Of a stretch of 24,000 bases of DNA, positions 15,526 through 24,000 are shown in pieces; the stretch's first letter is position 1, and the number at the start of each line of letters is the position of its first letter. The DNA comes from Propionibacteriaceae bacterium (GTDB lineage: Bacteria > Actinomycetota > Actinomycetes > Propionibacteriales > Propionibacteriaceae), in assembly GCA_035253925.1 (NCBI GenBank), contig DATFBI010000007.1, forward strand, positions 1-24,000, in the 5' to 3' direction. Position numbers and translations under genes: made by a program. Below the pieces are notes generated by a model that was not told the DNA's origin, did not search any database, and saw nothing but the letters and a program-made list of their open reading frames with translations.

Positions 15526-18500
15526 GTGACCCTGACGGGACTCGTTGATCTTTTCTCCACCGAACCCACCGTCGCCCAGACCATCGCTGATGCGCGCACG
15601 CGTCGACTCTCGGTGCTTGACATCACGGCGCCGGCGCCGATGCGGCCGCTGATTGCTGCCGCGTTGAGCGCCGCGATTGAGCGCGGGGGCGCCGGCCAGC
15701 CAGTGCTGCTGGTTACCTCGACCTTCCGCGAGGCGGAGGAGCTCACCGCGGCGCTGCAGTCTCTGGTCGGCGAGGATGCAGTGGCGTACTACCCAGCCTG
15801 GGAGACGCTGCCGCACGAGCGGCTGAGTCCTCGCTCGGACACGGTGGGACGCCGGCTTGAGTTGTTGCGTCGGCTGGCGGGTAATAGTGATCTTGCTGCG
15901 CCTCAGGTCGTCGTCGCCCCGGTACGCAGCATCCTGCAGCCACAGGTCAAGGGCCTAGGCGAGCTCAAGCCGATTCGCCTCAGGGTCGGCGAGGACATCG
16001 ACCTCAGCGACCTTGCGACCGCCCTAGTTAACGCGGCGTACACCCGCGTCGATCTGGTCGAGCGGCGCGGCGAGTTTGCGGTACGCGGCGGCATTGTCGA
16101 CATCTTCCCGCCGACCGAGGAGCACCCGGTACGCATCGACTTCTTCGGTGACACCGTTGAAGAGATTCGCTACTTCTCCGTCGCCGACCAACGATCGAGC
16201 GACATCGCGCTGACCGAGATCATTGCGTCACCATGCCGGGAGCTGCTGCTGAACGATGAGGTGCGTGCTCGCGCAGCCGCGCTTGCGGAGCAGCATCCCG
16301 AGCTGATCGAGATGCTCGACAAAATCGTTCAAGGTCATCCAGTCGACGGCATGGAGGCACTGTCACCGGCGCTGGTGGACGGCATGGAACTGCTGATCGA
16401 CCTGTTGCCGCCCGATACTCACGTGCTGATCAGCGATCCTGAGCTGGTACGGGGACGGGCGCTCGAGCTGGTTAAGACGAGCGAGGAGTTCCTCCACGCC
16501 TCCTGGGCCGCCGCCGCAGGTGGAGGGAAAGCGCCAATCGATCTCGGCGCATCGGCATATCAGCCGCTCGCCGACGTCCGTGCCGCCGCGCTCGCCCACG
16601 GAATGGCGTGGTGGACGCTATCGCCGTTCAGCGCCGGTCCGGTGGACGAGTCTGTCGCAGGTGGCGGCCGCGTCGACCCCATCCGGACAGATGAGGGTGA
16701 AATCATCGATCTCTCCGACCGGGTCACTGGACCCGGTGTCGAGTCCAGGACAGTGCATGGCCAGGTCGGCGAGACCTATCGGGGTGATACCGAGGCTGCG
16801 ATCAACGAGATCACCAAACGAGTCCGTGACAGCTGGCGAGTGGTCGTAACAGCTGAAGGTCGCGGTACAGCGGATCGGATCATCGAGGTTCTCGGTGAGC
16901 ATGCTGTGCCGGTGCACAGCCCATCGGCGCTCGATGAGCCCCCGCCTGCGAGTCTGGCCACGGTTGTCACCGGACAACTCAGCCACGGTTTTGTGGCCGA
17001 CGAGATCCGGCTCGCGGTCTTCACAGCTACCGATCTGTCCGGTCAGCGTGCCGCCGACCGGGCCAACCGGAAGATGCCGGCCCGGCGCAAGAACCAGATC
17101 GACCCGCTCGAGCTCGTAGCGGGTGATCCGGTCGTGCACAGCCAACACGGGGTCGGCCGCTACGTCGAGATGTCGCAGCGCACTGTGGCCGGAGCGACCC
17201 GAGAGTATCTGGTGATCGAATACGCGCCGTCGAGGCGTGGCCAACCAGGTGATCGGCTCTACGTACCGATGGACTCTCTTGATCAAGTAACCCGATACGT
17301 CGGCGGAGAGAACCCGAGCCTGGACCGGCTAGGCGGTGCAGATTGGGCCAAGCGCAAAGGCCGAGCGCGTCGAGCGGTTCGTGAAATCGCCGCAGAGTTG
17401 ATCAAGCTGTACGCGGCCCGGCAGGCCACTCGCGGTCATGCTTTCTCTCCCGACACCACCTGGCAGCGAGAGCTGGAGGATGCATTCCCTTACGTTGAGA
17501 CCCCTGATCAGCTGGGTGCGATCGAGGACGTGAAGCGTGATATGGAGCAGATCGTGCCGATGGACCGGCTGATCTGCGGGGACGTCGGTTACGGCAAGAC
17601 TGAGATCGCGGTACGCGCCGCATTCAAGGCAGTGCAGGACGGCAAGCAGGTGGCGATCTTGGTCCCCACAACTTTGCTGGTGCAGCAGCACTACGCCACG
17701 TTTGCCGATCGCTATGCCGGCTTCCCCGTCAACGTGGCGCCGCTCAGCCGGTTTGCTACTGAGGCCGAGGCACGGGCAACCATCGAAGGGCTCGGCGATG
17801 GCAGGGTTGATGTCGTCGTCGGTACGCATCGGCTGTTGTCAGATGAGATCACCTTCAAGGACCTGGGCCTAGTCGTGATCGATGAGGAGCAGCGCTTCGG
17901 GGTAGAGCACAAGGAGCAGCTGAAGCGGCTGCGTACCCACGTCGACGTACTGGCCATGTCGGCCACGCCGATCCCACGGACGCTCGAGATGGCGATCACT
18001 GGGATCCGTGAGATGAGCACGATCATGACTCCACCGGAGGAGCGGCATCCGGTACTGACCTTTGCCGGTCCGTACGACGAGGCTCAGGTAAGCGCGGCGA
18101 TCCGGCGCGAACTGCTCCGTGAGGGGCAAATCTTCTTTGTACACAATCGCGTGCAGAGCATCGACAAGGCTGCTCGGCGGATTGCGGACCTAGTGCCGGA
18201 GGCGCGAGTGGTGACCGCACATGGCCAGATGAGCGAGCAGCGACTCGAACAGGTCATGATCGACTTCTGGGAGCGCCGAGCCGATGTACTGGTCTGCACC
18301 ACGATCGTGGAGGCGGGCCTGGATATCTCGACTGCCAACACACTGCTGATTGAACGCTCCGACCTGATGGGACTTTCCCAGCTGCATCAGCTGCGTGGCC
18401 GGGTTGGCCGCGGCCGTGAGCGTGGCTACGCCTACTTCCTCTATCCACCCGACAAGCCGCTGACCGAAACCGCATACGACCGCATTAGCACGATCGCCGC

Positions 18501-19128
18501 GCATAGTGATCTAGGTTCGGGCATGGCTATTGCCATGAAGGATCTGGAGATTCGTGGTGCGGGCAACTTGTTGGGCGGCGAGCAGTCCGGTCACATCGCT
18601 GACGTTGGCTTTGATCTCTACATTCAACTAGTTGGCGAGGCGGTCGCCGAGTTTCGGGGTCATGAGGCCGAGCCAGAGCCAGAAGTCCGCATCGAGCTGC
18701 CGGTCGATGCTCATCTGCCCACCGGCTACATCGAGTCCGAGCGGCTGCGGCTGGAGATGTACAAACGGCTCGCTGAGGTTCGAGCCGAGGCCGACGTCAA
18801 GGCCGTCGAGGCGGAGCTGCATGACCGTTATGGGACGCCGCCGGCCGAGGTTCTCAACCTCATCGAGGTTGCCAGATTCCGCTTGCTCGCACGCTCTGTA
18901 GGACTGACTGAGATTGTTGGACAGGGTCGATTCATCCGCTTCGCGCGCGCGCATCTTCCGGAGTCACGAGTGCTCCGGCTGCATCGCCTCTATCCGGGCA
19001 GTGTGGTCAAGGACGCCGTCGGCTCTGTGCTGGTGCCACGCCCCGCGAACTCCGCCGGACCACTTACGGACATCGACTTGCTGCGCTGGGGGTCCGAGCT
19101 GATCAAAGAGATCTTTCTCCAACTCTGA
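15526..19128 (+). CDS. mfd: transcription-repair coupling factor
   Basis: 1200-aa ORF with the CarD/TRCF domain (GDPVVHSQHGVGRY), superfamily-2 helicase motifs (GDVGYGKTE, DEEQRFG, MSATPIPRT, QLHQLRGRVGRG) and a C-terminal TRCF domain. GTG 15526 is the first possible start after the in-frame TAA at 15514. Confidence 0.95.
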   Translation: MTLTGLVDLFSTEPTVAQTIADARTRRLSVLDITAPAPMRPLIAAALSAAIERGGAGQPVLLVTSTFREAEELTAALQSLVGEDAVAYYPAWETLPHERLSPRSDTVGRRLELLRRLAGNSDLAAPQVVVAPVRSILQPQVKGLGELKPIRLRVGEDIDLSDLATALVNAAYTRVDLVERRGEFAVRGGIVDIFPPTEEHPVRIDFFGDTVEEIRYFSVADQRSSDIALTEIIASPCRELLLNDEVRARAAALAEQHPELIEMLDKIVQGHPVDGMEALSPALVDGMELLIDLLPPDTHVLISDPELVRGRALELVKTSEEFLHASWAAAAGGGKAPIDLGASAYQPLADVRAAALAHGMAWWTLSPFSAGPVDESVAGGGRVDPIRTDEGEIIDLSDRVTGPGVESRTVHGQVGETYRGDTEAAINEITKRVRDSWRVVVTAEGRGTADRIIEVLGEHAVPVHSPSALDEPPPASLATVVTGQLSHGFVADEIRLAVFTATDLSGQRAADRANRKMPARRKNQIDPLELVAGDPVVHSQHGVGRYVEMSQRTVAGATREYLVIEYAPSRRGQPGDRLYVPMDSLDQVTRYVGGENPSLDRLGGADWAKRKGRARRAVREIAAELIKLYAARQATRGHAFSPDTTWQRELEDAFPYVETPDQLGAIEDVKRDMEQIVPMDRLICGDVGYGKTEIAVRAAFKAVQDGKQVAILVPTTLLVQQHYATFADRYAGFPVNVAPLSRFATEAEARATIEGLGDGRVDVVVGTHRLLSDEITFKDLGLVVIDEEQRFGVEHKEQLKRLRTHVDVLAMSATPIPRTLEMAITGIREMSTIMTPPEERHPVLTFAGPYDEAQVSAAIRRELLREGQIFFVHNRVQSIDKAARRIADLVPEARVVTAHGQMSEQRLEQVMIDFWERRADVLVCTTIVEAGLDISTANTLLIERSDLMGLSQLHQLRGRVGRGRERGYAYFLYPPDKPLTETAYDRISTIAAHSDLGSGMAIAMKDLEIRGAGNLLGGEQSGHIADVGFDLYIQLVGEAVAEFRGHEAEPEPEVRIELPVDAHLPTGYIESERLRLEMYKRLAEVRAEADVKAVEAELHDRYGTPPAEVLNLIEVARFRLLARSVGLTEIVGQGRFIRFARAHLPESRVLRLHRLYPGSVVKDAVGSVLVPRPANSAGPLTDIDLLRWGSELIKEIFLQL

Positions 19129-19212
19129 CAGGTACGTTTCGCAGCACAGACGTTAAAACGGCCGGCTTCGGGGCCATTGACGGGTACGTTTCGCAGCACA
19201 GGCGTCAAAGCG
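19126..19212 (+). repeat. two copies of a 35-bp direct repeat, period 52 bp, starting on the mfd stop codon
   Basis: TGACAGGTACGTTTCGCAGCACAGACGTTAAAACG (19126-19160) versus TGACGGGTACGTTTCGCAGCACAGGCGTCAAAGCG (19178-19212): 31/35 identical. A GC-rich spacer GCCGGCTTCGGGGCC lies between them. Confidence 0.9.
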
Positions 19213-19344
19213 TCCCCACTATGGGAATCAAGCCCGCCTCCGACGAATCCGGGGCCTTCGCGCAGCTGTCGTAGGATCTCCTGTCGTAGTCGTTTCCCGG
19301 TACGCGCGATGCGCGGACGGGAAGGTCGTCGCAGAGGATGGTGC

Positions 19345-19890
19345 ATGAGTCTTTCCGCTCATCGCAGTTGGCGCGCCGTACGAGCCGTGGTGCTTGCCGG
19401 CGTCGTGTTGCTTACCCTGCTTACGGCCGGTTGCGCTAGACAGGACCCCAGCGTTGTGGCGTATGTGGGGAACTCCAAGATCACTCAGCAACAGGTGGAC
19501 GACGCCCTCGAAGGCGTGTCCAGCATCTTGCAAGAGGGCCAGTCGGTGTCCCGCCCGGCGATCGTCAACGCCATGATTCACGGCCTCATTGCGCAGGATC
19601 TGGCCGCCGCCAACAACATCGCGATCACTGATGGCGATCGCGACGCGTTGATCAAAAACAGCAATCTTGCCGCCCTACTCAATGTGCCGAAGGGACGACC
19701 CATCGCCTACGACGTTGCCGATCAGCAGATCGTCTCCCAGAAGCTGGGCAGCGAGGCATACCTAGCCGCTGTCGCCAAGCAGCAGGTGACCCTCAATCCG
19801 CGCTTCGGTGTGCTGGATCCGAATCAGAAAACGATCATCACCGATAAGTCTGCCGCGCTGGCTAAGCCGATGCCCAGTCCGACCCCGTAG
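19345..19890 (+). CDS. lipoprotein, SurA-N-terminal-domain-like (chaperone-like) protein
   Basis: ATG 19345 is preceded by AGAGGA. Signal peptide MSLSAHRSWRAVRAVVLAGVVLLTLLTAGC has a lipobox cysteine. The mature part (VAYVGNSKITQQQVDDAL ... VTLNPRFGVLD) resembles the SurA-N-like lipoproteins found beside mfd/mazG in other actinobacteria (from memory). The ORF track start at 19177 is an unlikely extension. Confidence 0.65.
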   Translation: MSLSAHRSWRAVRAVVLAGVVLLTLLTAGCARQDPSVVAYVGNSKITQQQVDDALEGVSSILQEGQSVSRPAIVNAMIHGLIAQDLAAANNIAITDGDRDALIKNSNLAALLNVPKGRPIAYDVADQQIVSQKLGSEAYLAAVAKQQVTLNPRFGVLDPNQKTIITDKSAALAKPMPSPTP

Positions 19891-19896
19891 TGCCGC

Positions 19897-20535
19897 GTGC
19901 CGGTACCCGAATTTGAGCGACTGGTCGAGGTTATGGCGCGGCTGCGCCAGGAATGCCCCTGGGATGCTCAGCAGACTCATCGGTCGCTGGTGCAATACCT
20001 GATCGAGGAAACCGCTGAAACCATCGAGGCCATCGAGATCGCTGATGTAGATCATCTTCGCGAAGAGCTGGGTGATCTGTTGCTGCAGGTGATCTTCCAC
20101 GCTCAGATTGCCAGTGAGCAGACACCTGGTTTCACGGTGGAGGACGTTGCTCGGGGAATCGCCGACAAACTCATCTGGCGGCACCCCTACGTTTTCGCGA
20201 GCGCTGACGTGCCCAGCGATCTGCACTTCACCTGGGAGCAGCGCAAAGCAGCAGAAAAGGGCCGTACCTCCGCCCTGCAAGGCATCCCGGATCAGCTCTC
20301 AGCCTTGGCTCGGGCGAACAAGATCATCAGCAGAGTACGGTCACGGCGCGTGGCGGTGGCCTTGCCCGACGACTCAACGACTGCTGAGGAGGTGGGTGCG
20401 CAGTTGCTTGCTACGGCAGCTCGGGCTCACGCCGCCGGGATCGACCCTGATCAGGCGCTTCGCGACGCGGTACGCCTTCTGGAAGCGCGCGTGCGCGACG
20501 CCGAGTCGGCGCCCAACGATTCGACTCCGGCTTAG
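19897..20535 (+). CDS. mazG: MazG-family nucleoside triphosphate pyrophosphohydrolase
   Basis: FERLVEVMARLRQECPWDAQQTHRSLVQYLIEETAETIEAIE...EELGDLLLQVIFHAQIA and RHPYVF are MazG catalytic-domain motifs. The C-terminal half looks like a degenerate second domain. Confidence 0.85.
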   Translation: MPVPEFERLVEVMARLRQECPWDAQQTHRSLVQYLIEETAETIEAIEIADVDHLREELGDLLLQVIFHAQIASEQTPGFTVEDVARGIADKLIWRHPYVFASADVPSDLHFTWEQRKAAEKGRTSALQGIPDQLSALARANKIISRVRSRRVAVALPDDSTTAEEVGAQLLATAARAHAAGIDPDQALRDAVRLLEARVRDAESAPNDSTPA

Positions 20536-20552
20536 CAACCGTCGCCTATTCT

Positions 20553-22630
<2,078 letters not shown>

Positions 22631-23236
22631 GTGCCAGCCGGTCGACCGCCCACCTCACGTCCAGGTGCAGGTCCTGGGCGCGGAAAGCCGCGTGCTCGTA
22701 CGCAGGCACGCAAACCCTCCTCCGCGGCGCGTGAATCTCATGGCGGGGCTGCTGCTGGAGAGGAAGCAGCGGCTACGCCGCGGCGTCGCGGATACGGGTT
22801 GACCGCACGGGCCATTGCCCTAGCTGTCGTGCTGCTGATCTTGACTATCTCGTACGCGACGTCGTTGCGGATCTACTTCTCCCAGGCCCATGAGATCTCG
22901 GCGACCAAAGCCGAGATTGCCGAGCGCCAGCAGCGGATTCGTGATCTTCAGGGTGAGTTGGCCCGATGGGATGACGAGGCCTACGTACGGACCCAAGCCA
23001 GGGACCGGCTGGGTTGGGTGGTGCCTGGGGAAACTGGCTACACGGTCGTAGATGCTGCCGGCAACCCGCTCGGGGGTGGCGCCAAGATCAGCGCCGAGGC
23101 GGCGCCGGAGCAACAGCCGCACGATTCTTGGTGGTCCAAGTTGTGGGGCTCGGTAGAGGCTGCCGATCGGCCGGCGCCAGTCAAGCCCCCTGTCAAGGAC
23201 GAAACCATTACCGTCAAGACCAAGCCAAACCGCTAA
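22631..23236 (+). CDS. septum formation initiator family protein (FtsB/DivIC-like, Rv1024-like)
   Basis: Basic Pro/Arg-rich N-terminus, a single TM helix ([16 protein letters not shown]), then a coiled-coil segment [37 protein letters not shown] typical of FtsB/DivIC. Sits immediately after eno, as in other actinobacteria. The start is uncertain. Confidence 0.8.
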   Translation: MPAGRPPTSRPGAGPGRGKPRARTQARKPSSAARESHGGAAAGEEAAATPRRRGYGLTARAIALAVVLLILTISYATSLRIYFSQAHEISATKAEIAERQQRIRDLQGELARWDDEAYVRTQARDRLGWVVPGETGYTVVDAAGNPLGGGAKISAEAAPEQQPHDSWWSKLWGSVEAADRPAPVKPPVKDETITVKTKPNR

Positions 23237-23237
23237 G

Positions 23238-24000
23238 TCACTCGTGGGCCGCTAGGAACGCATCGACCGCTGCAGCAGTGGGCAGGCTTGGACTTGCTCC
23301 ACGGACCGCGACCGCCAAGGCGCCGGCGGCAAGGCCGCGGCGGAGCGCCTCTGGAAGTGAGGTGCCGCGCGCCAGGCTGGCGCCGAGTGCGCCAGAGAAA
23401 GCGTCACCCGCGGCTGTGGTGTCTACCGGAGTTGCTGGGAAGGCTGGATACTCAGCGACCCCATCGGGGCCGATGAGGAGGGCGCCCCGCTCGCCTAACG
23501 TGATGATCGCAATCGCGACACCTTGATCAAAGAGCCAGCGGGCCGCCTGCTCAGCTGAGCGGCGATCGGTCACAGGTATGCCGGTCAGTACCTCTGCCTC
23601 GAGTTCGTTCGGCTTGAGGACGGAGACCCCACGCCATACTGCAGGGGGAATGGGTTGAGCAGGCGCGGGATCCAATACCAGTCCCATATCGCACGCCTGA
23701 CAAACCTCGGCTATCCGCTGCACGACCGTCAGGGGAATCTCCAGTTGCACTAGGACGATCGAGACACGATCCTGCAGATCTCTTAAAGAGGCCTCGGCAT
23801 CGTCAGCAGTCAGGCGGTAGTTAGCGTTGGGAATGATCATGATGTCGTTCTGTCCAGAGACTTCATCGACGCGAATGTGCGCGATGCCCGTGGCTCCGTC
23901 GAGGCTGCGGACGCCTGTGACGTCGACGCCCTCGGCCGCCAGTGCAGCCAACGTCACCTCACGGAACATGTCCTGTCCTACCGCACCGATCATGTACGTC
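23238..24000 (-). CDS. rbsK: ribokinase (PfkB family), N-terminus outside the window
   Basis: The reading frame stays open to the window edge upstream of the listed Met. Motifs LDPAPA, KPNELEAEVLTGI, ITLGERGA, VDTTAAGDAFSGAL and GASPSLP...VDAFL parallel E. coli RbsK. Confidence 0.85.
   Translation of the reverse strand, partial: TYMIGAVGQDMFREVTLAALAAEGVDVTGVRSLDGATGIAHIRVDEVSGQNDIMIIPNANYRLTADDAEASLRDLQDRVSIVLVQLEIPLTVVQRIAEVCQACDMGLVLDPAPAQPIPPAVWRGVSVLKPNELEAEVLTGIPVTDRRSAEQAARWLFDQGVAIAIITLGERGALLIGPDGVAEYPAFPATPVDTTAAGDAFSGALGASLARGTSLPEALRRGLAAGALAVAVRGASPSLPTAAAVDAFLAAHE

Noticed and set aside
14975-17286. Antisense ORFs 14975..15508 (177 aa) and 16618..17286 (222 aa)
   Set aside because: They lie opposite pth and mfd, which have unmistakable motifs, and I could see no independent signals such as an RBS or domain motifs.
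19177-19344. 56-codon extension of the lipoprotein ORF
   Set aside because: The signal peptide with its lipobox starts at ATG 19345, which has its own RBS. The extension covers the 35-bp direct repeat and has no protein-like features.

Overview
High-GC actinobacterial chromosome segment made up almost entirely of conserved housekeeping genes. As far as I remember it, the neighbourhood matches Mycobacterium tuberculosis Rv1002c-Rv1024. Core genes, left to right: pmt, then divergent rsmI-tatD (followed here by a nitroreductase gene), rpfB-rsmA(ksgA)-ispE, tRNA-Gln, glmU-prs, rplY(ctc)-pth, mfd, mazG, eno and an ftsB-like gene. Less conserved genes are a DinB-like gene fragment, a polysaccharide deacetylase next to a frameshifted GT2 glycosyltransferase, and a marR-MFS pair between ispE and tRNA-Gln. 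There is also a SurA-like lipoprotein, a PPQNY-repeat membrane protein, and a convergent ribokinase gene cut by the right edge. I found no CRISPR array, transposase, integrase, toxin-antitoxin pair, defence gene or biosynthetic cluster, so I cannot support a claim of a novel multi-gene system here. What the gene calls do not explain is non-coding. (1) A structured ~120-bp intergenic repeat has two close copies (5853-5973, 9013-9133), a 233-bp composite inverted copy (13688-13920) and a short relic (21292-21323). Its terminal hexamers and central hairpin change between copies but stay complementary. (2) The pth-mfd gap holds a dense cluster of two short motifs in both orientations, including perfect 9-bp and 16-bp inverted repeats. 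(3) A 35-bp direct repeat starts on the mfd stop codon. Smaller oddities are the GT2 frameshift at a G-run, a tRNA-Gln with a 9-nt variable region, a six-unit 15-bp coding tandem repeat, and two convergent gene pairs with essentially no spacer. All calls were made by eye from the sequence and the ORF track. Start codons are best guesses, family names come from memory of motifs rather than searches, and identity figures are hand counts.
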